NCBI GenBank assembly: GCA_951406725.2
Contig: OX597820.1
Location: forward strand, 120,900,001 to 120,964,000
Direction: 5' to 3'
Length of the DNA stretch: 64,000 nucleotides
Source of the DNA: Octopus vulgaris
Taxonomy: Eukaryota
Of this stretch, positions 42,142 to 56,224 are shown one piece after another; the stretch's first letter is position 1, and every line of letters starts with the position of its first letter. The position numbers and the translations under genes were made by a program. The notes below the pieces were generated by a model. It did no database searches, was not told the origin of the DNA, and worked only from the letters and a program-made list of their open reading frames with translations.

Positions 42142-42430
42142 CATACATATATATATATATGTATGTATGTATATGTATACGACTACGTACACTTCAGTGC
42201 AGCTCGCTATCGAAATTCCCTGTCTATACATCTCGCACTACTTCGCAACAGCGAGTTGTCATTGCAATATCTGCTCTTGCACACGAGATAACGGTATAAA
42301 TCAAAACTGACCAATTCATATCTGGTTAATGGATTTCATTTAGATGACACCGTTGTTGCTGGACGGCGGTGGGTGGGGATGCTGAGCGGGGGCAGCTTGT
42401 GAGTGCAGCAGCAGCACCAGCAGCAGGAAC

Positions 42431-42499
<69 letters not shown>

Positions 42500-43121
42500 T
42501 CTAGGGTCTTGACATCCTATGGTTTATAATGTTATAAATGAATGCAGTTGATGCTGGATGGCAAGTTATAGAGAGGCCGTCATCATAATTGTATGCCTGC
42601 CACACACGTAGAATATTGGATTGTCCCTGTTTATATTGACAAAGACAATGCAATGATTTTCGAGGGGGGGTTGACACATAATTTATTATGATGACTATTT
42701 GTACCTCCGTTTCTCTTTAAGTCAGTCTCCATGAATTTGAGAACGCTCCGACGAATCATGATTTTTCCTACGTCCAAATATTTGGTTTATTTGTGAAACA
42801 ATCGTATGACAAAATACAAAAGCACATTGTATATCGTCTATGATCAACCTCCATTCCGATGCCACCTGCATAGAATATTTTTGAAAATTTGTTGCTAAAC
42901 TACGGGTTTCATTAGCAATATGCAACCAAAAACTCAGTTTCTAATAATTCGAAAAATGCATATATGTCGATTAGTGTTTCAAATTTGCAGCGAAGAATCT
43001 CTATTTTTGAATTGATAAATTTACCAAAGTTGTGTATATACGCGTTTCCTAACAACGTGAAAACTGCAGTTCTTTTAATGGTGAAGGCATACACATATAA
43101 ATCCATGCACACACATGCGCA

Positions 43122-43178
<57 letters not shown>

Positions 43179-43888
43179 GTGTAAGAAAATATTGCAATTT
43201 GTAAAAGCGTCGAGATGATCCTGTTCGTTATTATGCATGCAGATGACAATTATGAAAAGAAACAAAATACTTCAGATGAGCAAATTTAGTGAAATTACGT
43301 AAGATAACACCCCCAAAACAAAATGTAAGCTAGCTAAGTTCATTACTGGTGCTAACGCTCAAAAAGTCTCTCTCTCTCTCTCTTCATTATATAAAAGGGG
43401 AGTTCAGCCCAATTACAATAATGAATAACTTCTATAGCACACACTTCCACATGCAATGACGCACACACAAATACACTGATGTTTGTATACACATGCAAAC
43501 AATTGTATGCGACGGAAATTCAAGACCACAACTGGGAGATTCTCTTCTAAGATACAATTTTAATATTTCTTATCTCAAGGAAGTTTTAAGTAAGGAAAGT
43601 TTAAGGATATAACAAACATTAGCGACAACAGATAGATAGATATTTTTTGAATAATAGGAGATACGCCAGCGGCTTTCAACACAATTCAAAATACTTCATG
43701 TGAAAAAGTAACCCGATTATTTTTGATGAGTAAAATGAAAATACGAAACTTTCATTCTTCACATTGGATGTTGTAGCGTATTTCGCTTCTAATCAGTCAC
43801 AAAATTTTTGTTTCAAATCCGAGCTAATCGTTAAAATTTTTTTATATATTTCGCTTTAAGTATGCTGTCCTACTTAAAATTACGAAGG

Positions 43889-43927
<39 letters not shown>

Positions 43928-43936
43928 ATATATATA

Positions 43937-43980
<44 letters not shown>

Positions 43981-43985
<5 letters not shown>

Positions 43986-44355
43986 ACCGTCCACTCGTGA
44001 CCGAGGAAGACCATTGCCGACCTTCAGGAAGATTGTGCGCTCTAGGACTAACTTATATTTTGCATTTGCGGCTCCGTTGGTGGCTAATCAGCCCTGCTTT
44101 GACAAGCATACACGACTGCAAACATTGCAGACCAAGCTTTCCCCATTCACTATACGAGCCGTGCACTTTCGCAAGGCTCGCTTAAGTTCTTCATGCTGGA
44201 TACGTGCTCTCTCAAAAGTGTCGATCCCCTCCTTAACCTGCTTTCTCCATCTGTGGCGATGACAGGCATTGTTCTCCCAGTCAGTGTCCTGCATATCAAA
44301 GGCCTTTAACGAGGACTTGACACAGTCCTTAAATCGCAGCCTTGGTTTCTACCGG
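43981..44355 (-). mobile_element. RTE-like LINE 3' end (5'-truncated)
   Basis: KPRLRFKDCVKSSLKAFDMQDTDWENNACHRHRWRKQVKEG...CNVCSRVCLSK/GLISHQRSRKCKI* with a 1-nt frameshift. This is a typical RTE ORF2 end with one zinc finger. Confidence 0.88.
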
Positions 44356-44862
44356 AATATATACATACATACACACGCGTGGAATAGCGCCATTCATGTG
44401 AGTGTATATTCACGTGAGTACCATTCATGTGTGTATATATTATATGAATATAGTTTACTTTTCCGCTTAGGTGAAATAAAAATCGTTCGCCATCAAGTAA
44501 GAAAAAATATTATATGTTCATAATATACAATGACGTGCTACTAATAGTTCTATACATTGGAGTTGTGGTCCCGTCAAGACTTAAGAACAAGCCTTGTGTC
44601 TCTAAGCAATCTTACCGCTGTGTGCTCCTGCCCTATACTATTTACAGTTCAGCTCGCTAAAGTAAGAGAAATCATGGGAAAAGACTAGAAGGTGGATGCA
44701 AAAAGATGAATGGGGAATAAAACGGAACAAGAAGAGAAAAAAAGCAAATTAAATATGTCCCTTTTTGAATACATAACAAAAAGAGAGAGTCTTTTGGCTG
44801 TAACTATCTATCTATTTATCTATCTATAGATAGATAAATAGATAGAAAGATAGATAGATAGC

Positions 44863-44923
<61 letters not shown>

Positions 44924-45159
44924 GAGAGTGAGATAGGTAGATAGAGGCATAATAAAGCAAGATGTTGTAGAACTTGATTACAATGTCACTAGTCATCTAA
45001 AGAATGAGAAAAATAAATATGAAAAGAAGGCCTGGCAACACGGCCTTGGGCCACAAACCAATTAGGAACAATTACAGTTGAAGGTAATATTGATATAGTC
45101 ATGATTTTTATTTCTGTTGCTTTTTTTTATGGTTGGTCTAGTTTTACAAGTGAATCGTG

Positions 45160-45521
45160 TCACTCTGTCGGTTACGACGATGCCGGTTCCTGTTGATCCG
45201 ATCAACGGAACAGCCTTCTCGGGAAATTATCGTGTAAGTGGCTGAGCACTCCACAGACACGTGTACGCTTAACGTAGTTCTCGGGGAGATTTTAGCGAAT
45301 CACAGTGTGTGACAAGGCTGGCCCTTAGAAATACAGGTAGAACGGGAACAGGAAGAATGAGTGCAAGTTGTGGTGAAAGTGTACAGCTGGGTTTGCCACC
45401 AGCCCCTGCTTCATACTCGTGGAGCTTTAAGTGTTTTCGCTCAATAAACACCCACAATGCCTGGTCTGGAAATCGAAACCGCGAGTCCGCTGCCCTAAAC
45501 CCTGGGCCATTGCGCCTCCAC
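45160..45521 (-). mobile_element. tRNA-derived SINE (head C + tail 1)
   Basis: Colinear with 29848-30210. Confidence 0.88.
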
Positions 45522-45743
45522 ACCAGTTAATATAATATCTGTGATAGTTACAGCTAAAAAGTGTTAGTTTATTGACAGTATACATGCTTACAACCTTAAT
45601 ATTTGTATCCATCTCAACTTCGATTATTAATTTGTCGTTTCTATAAAATAGACTTTTCGCAAATTTTCTTTCCTTTTACCTAGCTTCATCATTGTATTCC
45701 TATCCGTCCCTCTATCATAATCATGGGAGCGCATATAGCTAAA

Positions 45744-46046
45744 TCTTTATATATAAAACTGAAGTTGTGTGAGTGTCTGTCTCCTACGATTTAGATTCCT
45801 AACTACTCCCACATTTTGCGGTGCAGTTTAACCAAAAGCGGGTATCTTATAGTCGTCGTTCATATCGAGCCCTTCTGGGTATTAGCGCGCGTCTACGATG
45901 AGTCTACGATTTAAAAAAAAAATTACCATCATTTTTTTCCCATTTTTAATGAATTTTTTGCTATTATATAAGGGAAGTAACTCTCTAAAAATGCTTATAT
46001 AGTTATTTCCCTTACAAACCCGAGCAACGCCGGGCAATACTGCTAG
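45744..46046 (+). mobile_element. Non-autonomous Helitron, complete (internally shorter variant)
   Basis: A|TC...CCCGAGCAACGCCGGG...CTAG|T. It lacks about 90 bp present in 28877-29272. Confidence 0.9.
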
Positions 46047-46525
46047 TATATACTAAATGTCTTACAAATTCACCCGCTAAAATTTGGTATTTTCTATCGC
46101 AGGAATACCAATTATTTGAAAATGTTGAACGTAAGTTATTAAATTGCACACTGTGTTGGATTATTCAACAACAGCCAATTGTTTCAAGCTTCATTCAACA
46201 TTTTGGTTAAACATGATCAGAACACCAAAGAAAAAATTGGAGATATGATGAACCTTTGGAAATGTTCCCGCACAAATGAGGCGCCTAGGTTTTCGTAATT
46301 CCCTCTTTTTGTTTGCATCATTGCCATTTACGAAGAATCTATTTAATGCAGCTGTTTATTATCTGAGTTATTTGACACATGCTTAATGTTATAATGAAAA
46401 TTGCTTGGGTAAATAAATGCAGCGACAAAATATCTGCTCAGGATTCGTAAAGCAAGCCATATTTGATGATCCAAAGCAGTAATATTTGTAGTACTATTTA
46501 TTATTTTTCGATTAATTTTGTTTTT

Positions 46526-46716
46526 TAGGCGTAAGAGTGACTGTTTGGTAAGTAGCTTGTTTACCAGCCATATGGTTCCGGGTTCAGTCCCACTGCGTGG
46601 CACCTTGGGCAAGTGTCTTCTACTGTAGCTTCGGGCCGACCAAAGCCTTGTGAGTAGATTTGGTAGACAGAAACTGAAAGAAGCCCGTCGTATATATGTC
46701 TCTCTCTATATATATG

Positions 46717-46797
<81 letters not shown>

Positions 46798-46999
46798 TTG
46801 TGTGTCTGTGTTTGTCTCCCCAACATCACTTGACAACCGATGCTGGTGCGTTTACGTCACCGTAACTTAGCGGTTCGGCAAAAGAGACCGATAGAATAAG
46901 TACTAGGCTTACAAAGAATAAATCATGGGGTCGATTTGCTCGACTAAATGCGGTGCTCCAGCATGGCCACACTCAAATGACTAAAACAAGTAAAAGAGT
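46526..46999 (+). mobile_element. SINE family A, full length
   Basis: Head, core, internal microsatellite and tail are all present. Confidence 0.9.
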
Positions 47000-47289
47000 A
47001 ATTATACCTACAAAGATCTCTAAGGTAAAATACGTCATTCAATTGTGTAAATTAAATTTATGAAACTAAATGTCAGATTTGCAAATCTTCTATTCGTCTT
47101 TAGCCGTCACAACCCTGTTATTGAAAAAGAAATAATATTTAACCTTTTTCAAATAATTTATATGTGTGGATTTTAATACAGAAACATCCGTCACAGTTGG
47201 TACTTTTGAAGAAAGATCATTAAGCCATTGCTTCCCAATTTGAGGATTGCCAATAAGGAAATTTTGACGAACAAAGTAGTGTCACCAGT

Positions 47290-47695
47290 GCTGGCAGAAA
47301 CGTTAGCACACCGGGCGAAATGCTTAGTGGTATTTCGTCTGCCGCTACGTTCTGAGTTCAAATTCCGTCGAGGTCGACTTTGCCTTTCATCCTTTCGGGG
47401 TCGATAAATTAAGTACCAGTTACGCACTGGGGTCGATGTAATCGACTTAATACCTATGTCTGTCCTTGTTTGTCCCCTCTATGTTTAGCCCCTTGTGAGT
47501 AATAAAGAAATAGGTATTTCGTCTGCAGTTACGTTCTGAGTTCAAATTCCGCCGAGGTCGACTTTGCCTTTCATCCTTACGGGGTCGATTAAATAAGTAC
47601 TAGTTACGCACTGAGGTCGATATAATCGACTTCATCCGTTTGTCTGTCCCTTGTTTGTCCCCTCGGTGAGTAGCCTCTTGTGGACAGTAAATAAA
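47290..47695 (+). mobile_element. Meta-domain SINE (family B), tandem dimer
   Basis: A second unit restarts at GTATTTCGTCTG (about 47514) directly after the first tail. Confidence 0.88.
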
Positions 47696-49199
47696 CAAAA
47701 AGTATAGAGTAAAAGTTAGCTTTGCGCTGCTTCCAAATATTGATTGCAGTTGCATCTTCGGTTTTAGTTTTACCTAGGTATGTGCTGGATGTGTTTTGTT
47801 TAGGAAAGCGGTACAAAAGCTAGAATCTTTCATATTCTCCAATATTTTGTTGATATATAGATGTTGCACATTACATGTAGTGTACGAATTTTAGTTTCAG
47901 AAAGTCAGTTTCTTACTATCTCAATTAGATTCTTAACGTAGATTTAGGCGCCATTTTATGCGTAAAAAGCAATTTCTATTCAAATTTAATAAAATTTCTA
48001 TTTCTTTGGAGAATAACAATATGCATAGACAGACTGCTAAATACACAGCTTTAAATTCATGAAATAAATGGTCTTCGATGTCTTCTTCCGAATAGAATTT
48101 ACTTTTTAAATCTGAGGCCAAGAATTATTTTGCGTTAAATTTCGTACCAAAGAGTAAATATTAATCGACACAAATATTTAATAAAGCAAGTAATAAATAA
48201 GACTGCTTGACCTCAATTGCAAAACTTTGAATTATATTAGGAAATATTAATCAAATATATTAAAATTTTGTAAATTAATGGATTTGGGAGGTAAAAATAT
48301 ATCACATATGAATATCTTTTCTTATTGTTATTTAAATGATTTTGAATATTCTAATTTGTATTTGAATATAAATGCAACAGAAAGGAATTTCATATTGAAA
48401 CATATTAACATTTTTATAAATGCTCATTTTAATTTTGATAATTTGTTATCTTTAAAAATTATTCCGAAGCTATTTAGTGATATAATTCTGCTTGTTTGTC
48501 TCCCAGTTCTAACCTAATCATAAAAGTTAGATGCGGTATGGACTGTGTAGGACCAGACAAGGGAGGGACCAAGCGCAAATTACAAGTTTCTGTTAGCAAT
48601 TAAAGCATCACTAAGTCGATCATCAATTGCTTGGTTTGTCATGGCGATTCACGCGTACCTAGAGCTTGATCTATGAGGTGACTTGCGTTATGCTCAAGAC
48701 TAGCTATCAAATGCTTCGTTGATCATGGTTGCGTCAAGAACATCTTTTGCTTCATCTCTATGAAGTTTCGAGTTGTGCTCTGGCCATTTATGTTTGTCCT
48801 TCAGACTGCGACGTTGTTGAAACCCATTTTCACCCCAAACTTATCCAGTCATATTTGTGTGACATTTTAATACTGGCGCCCTTCCTTTCAGGTTCTTTTG
48901 ATTTATTAGAATGTTCTCGATTGTGAAGCATTTATAAATAACCTATTTTTCTATCTCTTTTTAAAATATAATTTTTCTTATAAGTAATACTGTGTGAAAA
49001 TAAATCTTTTGGATTTTATATATTTTTCATTTTGTCCCAAATATAGTGGAATATCAGCAAATGAGTGAGGATTCACTGGACATGAAAAATTAGAAACTTA
49101 AGCAGATTCCGCTAGAATTATAGTTTTTATTTGCAGTACATAAATTTCTTGGCGGCTTGAGTGGAAAACTTAGGAAAAAAATTCCAAGACAAACTAGTG

Positions 49200-49820
49200 G
49201 GGGAATTACAACCGTGTTTCGAGGTCTGCTACCACAACAGCTCCTTTATAGGATCCAGTTAGCTCAAGACATCATCAGGAGGAACCAAGTCCGGTTTCGG
49301 CCCCTACTCCTCTACCGTTTTGACGTGGCGGGCCCCCCCTTTCGGAGGTGTCTTCAGCTCTGGTGTTGGGACCACGTCTTCTTTCTTCTTCTTTCTTCTA
49401 TTCCCTGGCCTCTTCGATGTATCGTCAGCGAGTGTCAGCCGGTGACTGACTGACTTGTCAAATTTTTCCCATTAAATACCTGCCACATAGGCTCCAGCAG
49501 GCAGCCCCAGCATGTTGTCATGTGACACTGTCTCACCTTAACTGACGAGTGAAGGCAAATTGTATTAGCCCACGCATTCTCTAAACGACCGTCACCTGTC
49601 AGTCAGCGAAGCTGATTCAGTGTCAGCTTTTCTCACCCAATGATGTTATTTCCTGCCGGCATGTTATGACTTTCAAGCCATTTTCGGTCTTCCCGCTTCA
49701 GCCATATATAGAAGCTGGCTTTTTCGACCGCCTCCTGAACGCTCCTTATTAGTTTTCGCAGCTCGGAGCTAGAAAATACAAATCTTCTTTTGAAAAGTGT
49801 TGTCATTTTCCTTTCAATCT
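49200..49820 (-). mobile_element. HERO/NeSL-like non-LTR retrotransposon 3' end
   Basis: 49633-49818 on the minus strand reads IERKMTTLFKRRFVFSSSELRKLIRSVQEAVEKASFYIWLKREDRKWLES...*. This resembles the HERO C-terminal AExASxWLWxxR motif. A GC-rich putative 3' UTR follows, with uncertain extent. Confidence 0.6.
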
Positions 49821-52724
49821 GGAAATCATGTTGAGAATGTATTTATATTTGATTATAATTTTCTGGAGGAAAGGAGTTCCATAGGTCAAACTTTATAGAA
49901 GTCTTAGTTATTAAGAAACAGAGAGTCTTCTGATACCAACAGCCCAAGAATGTTGGATTTCTGGAGTCTCATGGCCAACGACTCTGGATCCTAAGTCTCT
50001 AATGAAGATGAACATTCATTTTTAAACTCGCGTGAGGAATTTTCACAACCCAAAGTCTACTATCACTTTCTTCTCGTATTTCTGAAGCAATAGGATACTA
50101 ATGACCGGGCCAGCTCAATTGCAATTTTGTCGTTCTTCTCTAAAGGAGCACATATTTTAGTATTCCTGAATGTCGGTTGACGTATGGTAAGAAACAAACT
50201 AAAATATTAATCTATTATTAATTAACCAAATTTTAGCATATTTTCATGAATTTTGAATAGTTTTTCTCAGTTGAGTTTATGGATAATTGGTATTGATAGA
50301 ATAGATAATTATTTTAGTATTATATAAAAAAAAATGTGTTCTATATGAAAAATATTCGCTATCTTTGGGTGGATGGTATCACTGCATTGGAGAGGCAATA
50401 CATTGTTATAAAGTTAATTTTTTTAAAAATTAATCAGCTTAAAGCAATTTAGCTGTCTTTTGAGAGTTTCACATTTGTCTCGGTGTCATATAACTGATAG
50501 CCATTACTTCGGTTACAAAACACTGCAAGAAAATATATGTTAGATCGAGATAGCCTTCCTTGCGTTCTGGCTGCACAACTAATTTAACGTTTTGAAATTA
50601 CAATGAAAATTACAATCTCAAACTTATTTTCTAAGTTCTGTAGTAGCGTCGCCTTCAAACGAGTATCATCGGACCTAAGCTGTTTCACAGTTGTCACAAA
50701 ATGGTGGACTTTTTCTTCCATTCCTTTCAGGAACTCAGAATAGGATCTGTATCACTTTGATGATAATTGAAAATTAATTCAAAATTATAATACCAAATAT
50801 TCACAGGATTGGACAGTAATGATCAAATATTGACATATAGCCAACCCCTGTAACCTAATCTTGCCCCTATGAAAGCAATTAACCTACATAAAACTACTGT
50901 ATTCTTTTCTCAGTTCCTCATTCTTTTCGTAAATTTCACAAAACAAAAGTTCCAAATTTCTGAAAAGCATTACCAATATCTATAGACGTAGAAACCAAAA
51001 GAATTTTTACCTCGCTTCAAAACAAAGACTATTAATTGTAAGCTGTGCTCAAATTCATCTCTGTTTAAGGCAAAATAAATTAAAAATGCATCTTATGAAT
51101 TATAAAATTGCATATAAAATAAATTGATATACATTATTTGTTTCTAATAACAATGATTTTAACTTTCAAATACAGAGAACGCATTCAAAATCAGGAAAAT
51201 ACTAATTTTCTGTTGAATTGCAATCCATTTGGCATTTGTCCTTTTCACCATTAGAGTTCAAACTAAAAATATAACCAATTAACAAAAATTATTAATCGAA
51301 ATGGGTCTTTGATATTTTGAATATTGTGTGCAATATTTTTTAACACAAATAGTTGTTATCAATTTATATAATGATTCTTTTGAAGAGAATTATTTTCATA
51401 AATATCATAGGTTGATCAAAGTTTTATAAATTGGATAAAAAATTATAATTTGTCTCTTTCCTGTATAGAAAATATACATTGTATACGAAGTTAAAAGAAA
51501 ACAAGTATAAAACAAAAATTAGAAATACGAAATAGAAATCATTAACTGAAGCCGTATTGAAAAATATTTTAAATTGATTTATTTATACGTACAAAAACAT
51601 CAAAACATTTGGAATTGGAATACAATTTCGTGATTCACACACTGCCAGGTGTTAGCAACATATACTTTTATTTAATTTTGTTTACAACGCTTTCAATGTC
51701 ACAAAATTAATTAGCACTAACCCTAAAATTTCAACAGTTTTTCATTGCTAACTTTTTCTCTTCTGAATCAATTTTGAATCAATTTTGACGCAGTTTTAAG
51801 TTTTTCATCCTTTTATTTAGATCTTTTAAGTGAGATTAACAACAGTAGTTTTTTTTTCTAAAATAACCGACACGATACTTAAAAGAAGAATTTATGCATG
51901 AATCCTATTTAAAGTTGAATATTTTTGTCTTATATATTTTTGAACACCACTTATTTTAACAAGGTTTACGAAACCAGAAACCTATTTTGATATTTTTACT
52001 TAAGAATAATTACAAAAATATAAAAATATAAAGAAATGCTACTGCCTGGACTTTATATTTCGGTATTACTCTCACATTTTCTAATGTATATTTTATGGTA
52101 TCTGGTTACCACCAACATCACCGACTAATGCATTGTTGGCAAATTGTATATCTCCATTAATGCATTTAACTGTTATGTACAGCGCTGCTAGCTAAATAAT
52201 GAAGTTCCCCTCTCTCCAACAAATCCATGTTTACTATAAACAGCAATAAGCTGGTATCACATTCTCCTCACAGTCTACATATTAGACTTTCATATTAGTC
52301 ATATTTCATACGGGTGTGTGCACGAGTGTGCATGACTGCATACATGTATGCATGTAGATGCAACGTTTATCTACAGCATAATTAATCTGAATCTACATTA
52401 ATTGGACGATGAATAGATAAATATTATCCTCGGACAAAACTGCGCAATTGACAATGGCTTCGTTCTCTCTCTTAAGGTCTGTCTTCTAGAAATGTCCTTT
52501 TATCTTTCCCAACTAAATTCACAAAGAACAGCAAAAAATATTATTTAAAGTAACATTAATAAAGATTTTAATTAAAATATTCAAGCCTAACTCGAATGCA
52601 AACACGCGTGCACACCTCCACCAACATATGCACACACATACACACATGCACGCATATATATATATATATATAGGTTAATATGTACATATATGTATGCGTC
52701 TGTGTGCATATAAATGTATACATA

Positions 52725-52771
<47 letters not shown>

Positions 52772-52774
<3 letters not shown>

Positions 52775-52844
52775 ATTCAGAAAATTATATTACACACGCA
52801 CACACGCTCACACACATATACATATATATGTATATGTATAATAC

Positions 52845-52932
<88 letters not shown>

Positions 52933-53022
52933 ATATATATATGTATGTGTATATACATATACATATATATGTATATCTGTGTGAGCGTGTGTGCGTGTGT
53001 GTAATATAATTTTCTGAATCTT
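52772..53022. repeat. Inverted repeat centred on a (TA)n tract
   Basis: AAGATTCAGAAAATTATATTACACACGCACACACGCTCACAC and its near-exact reverse complement ending at 53022. Confidence 0.88.
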
Positions 53023-53339
53023 CAATATGCTAGACTACTGATATCAATTTAATATCAATTTTAACCTTATTGTTCAAATTTATATATATATATACATATA
53101 TCTTTAATACCATTTAATGAGTGTGTGTGTATGCGTGTCTGTGTGTGCGTGGGTGCCTGCGAGCATGCGTGTGTGTGTGTGTGTGTGTGTGTGTCTGTGT
53201 GCGTATGCACGTATATACATATATACATATTTGTATTTTATCTGCAATACGTTATATGAATATGATTGTGCTATGAATTGACTTCAATATAAGTCTCTAC
53301 TTTGGTTACATATACCGAAATTTTTGGGTAAGAGACCAA

Positions 53340-53415
53340 TTTGTATACCCCGAAAGGATGAAAGGCAAAGTCGACCTCTGCAGAATTTGAACTCAAAACG
53401 TAAACACAGACGATG
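53340..53415 (-). mobile_element. Meta-domain SINE fragment
   Basis: CCCCGAAAGGATGAAAGGCAAAGTCGACCTC...TTTGAACTC. Confidence 0.8.
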
Positions 53416-54575
53416 ACTTCATTAATATTGACAGTCCGCTTACGGATTTTCCTCGTTATATTTCTAGCACCTTGGCTGTTATGTCGTCTACAATACAATT
53501 TCACTTTGGTAAGCCTCACTTACGTCTACTTAAAGCTGTGGTTTAGGCACAAATTGAACCTGAGCCTGCATTGTATGTACCCGACATATTACGTCGTTTG
53601 ACTTGTTATTAGTTAAGTTTATGTACACATACATCCCTACATATATGTGTGTGTGTGAGCATCTGTATGGTGAGATTCTATGGTTAGTTATGTACGCACA
53701 CGTATTTGGATGTGTGTGTATATGTATGGTGTAAGTCTATAGTTGCGTCTGTGAGCTTGTATGCGTATGTGTGTTTGTGTGTGTATGTAAGTGTGTGTCT
53801 GTATATGTGTATGTGCTTGTGTGTGTGTGAGAGAGTAAAACAATTAGAAATAAGGCAAAAGCTTAAAACAGATGCTAAGAAATCAGCCTGAAGACTCGAA
53901 TTCATGTATCAGTTTTCAGCTAACATTAAGATTTTAATCTAAGTGCCAAAGATGAAAGCAATGTCTTAAAATCCTGCTTTCTTAATTAGTGTTTAATTCT
54001 GTTTAAAAAAAAATATTATTATTATCTTATTCCAGGAAATATTTTACTCAGCTGGTTAATTTTTGACATATAACAGATATAAACATCAAAATTCCATGCT
54101 TCTGTTGATTCGTGCAATACCCTGCTGTCATGCAGCTTTCGAGCAAAATGTTTATCCAACTTCTTGTGTCTGTAATGATACGGAGTACAGCAAAGTACGA
54201 AGAACATCAGATTGTGATGAGGACATAACTTACGCAGTTGCTTTGTAAATTTCGAACATGTTAAAAAGATATTCTTTAAAACGAGTCACGCCAAGACATT
54301 ATTTTTCCTCTGATATAAGGTATACATTTCGCAGATACTAATTGAACGAGAACAGAAGTAAACACTGAACATCAAGTTTCGACCACCTTGGAAAGAAAAG
54401 CAGCTGATGCAGAACGCTTCGGCCCATAAGCTTGCTTCGTAAGATGGTAGAGCTTTATATGCATCAGCGCCATCTTCAATATCACAAGCAAAACCATCAC
54501 ACCAGGGGTTCTGCATCTTCTTTAGCGATCGAAGCCAACTAGGGCTTTGTATTCTTGTGTTGGGTAAGTGATGAA

Positions 54576-54627
<52 letters not shown>

Positions 54628-54630
<3 letters not shown>

Positions 54631-54850
54631 AATTTAATCCAAACATGAAAACACAAAGAGAAAACACAACAACGCGAGGACGTGGAACAAATATAGTATT
54701 ATTTGACGCTCAGGAAAGAAGGAAAGAAGGAGAGTATAACATTTCGAGCGGGGCTCTTCGTCGGAAACATAGGAGAAGGAAAGATCCAGAGAAGGGAAGA
54801 CAGAGGAAAAAAATCGCCAACGCTACACACGCGGTCACATTTTGAAATAT
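54628..54850 (-). mobile_element. Short microsatellite-flanked repeat with hammerhead variant (family of 39210-39375)
   Basis: Minus strand 54734-54768 reads GTTT-CCGACGA-aGAGC ccc GCTC-GAAA-TG-TT-ATAC. Confidence 0.68.
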
Positions 54851-54865
54851 ATCTATATATGTATG

Positions 54866-54945
<80 letters not shown>

Positions 54946-54950
<5 letters not shown>

Positions 54951-55356
54951 GAAATATTAAAATTACTAAGTCTCTCTAAAAGAGATTACGACAGCGTTAC
55001 TGGAAATTAATTGTTATCGCCATATTAATATGGCAATCTTATAGATATAAGACTAAAAGCTGTCGCTGATTAGCTCCATGAGGCCATCGCCTTAAGATAG
55101 CTATTGACAAACAAACTGTGTCCATTAGAACCTTCGAACAAGGGAGGTCAGCCGCTTCACACTGCTAGTCAGACTGCTACAGGCGCGTTTCAGGGTATTT
55201 GCCCCTTGTCAATGTAGCGTAGTCGACTCAGCAGGTGTCGCCACTGATCGTCTCTGTTGGAAGGTTCTATTTACCTATTTTCGGTGGAATACATCCACTT
55301 GTTTTCAATAATAGAAATATTAAAATTACTAAGTCTCTCTAAAAGAGATTACGACA
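54946..55356 (-). mobile_element. Retrozyme-like element: ~363-bp unit bounded by identical ~48-bp direct repeats, with decayed hammerhead
   Basis: TAATAGAAATATTAAAATTACTAAGTCTCTCTAAAAGAGATTACGACA occurs at 54946 and 55309. Minus strand 55176-55218 reads GCTACA-TTGACAA-GGGG caaata CCCT-GAAA-CGCG-CC-TGTAGC. Confidence 0.7.
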
Positions 55357-55426
55357 TATAAATATATACATTTAGAATTTAGTATGGTATTATTCATATA
55401 ATTCAAAATGGGTGATTATTTTGATT

Positions 55427-55485
<59 letters not shown>

Positions 55486-55574
55486 CACATATATACATAT
55501 ATATACATATATATATAAATATAATTATATAAATATATATACATATATATATATGAATATATATATACATATAC

Positions 55575-55599
<25 letters not shown>

Positions 55600-55605
<6 letters not shown>

Positions 55606-55761
55606 CTTTATTTAAAGCAGCGGAAAATTCAACAAAGCCTGTTACTCTGAGTTTTACGTTCCCGTTCGTCGGACAGTTTTTGCTAGAAAGCATATTACTC
55701 TACCACTGGTATTTGAGTACTCTTTTTCCACCTTGTTTCACATTTATGTGTTTACTCCGGT
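55600..55761 (-). mobile_element. Short TA-flanked repeat with hammerhead variant (shorter relative at 9902-9999)
   Basis: Minus strand 55639-55676 reads CTGT-CCGACGA-ACG ggaa CGT-AAAA-CTC a GAG-TA-ACAG. All three stems pair, but GAAA is AAAA. Confidence 0.65.
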
Positions 55762-55811
55762 ATATATTTATATATGTATATTTATATATCTATATCTATA
55801 TATAAATACAT

Positions 55812-55869
<58 letters not shown>

Positions 55870-56041
55870 GAAAGAATGTTTGAAGATTCAAATTTTAAAA
55901 GGTATTTTTTCAATTGACCGGTTTCACTTTTTTAGAAAAATTTTGTCAAAAGTAAAATGTAAAGCTTTGTTATGTTAAGTACTGGTTATCACAAATGTAT
56001 TAAAAGATATATATAAGAATTTATTTAAGAAAATATCCATC

Positions 56042-56182
56042 AAAAAGTATTAGGAGTTTAATAAAAAACATGTTTGTTTGGTATTATCTATATACATACA
56101 CTGAAAAAGTATTAGGAGTTCGATTAAAATTATGTTCGTTTGGTAGTATATTTATACACAGAAGGAAATAGATTTAGGAGTT
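56042..56182 (+). repeat. ~62-bp minisatellite (about 2.3 units)
   Basis: AAAAAGTATTAGGAGTT...ATGTTYGTTTGGTA recurs at about 56043 and 56104, with a partial unit at about 56174. Confidence 0.7.
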
Positions 56183-56224
56183 AACAAAGAATTTGAGAGG
56201 AACTAACCTGTTTTACTAGTCAAA

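Noticed and set aside
54060-54545. Moderately GC-rich stretch that might be an exon or pseudogene
   Set aside because: Only short ORFs, no recognisable motif and no convincing splice signals.
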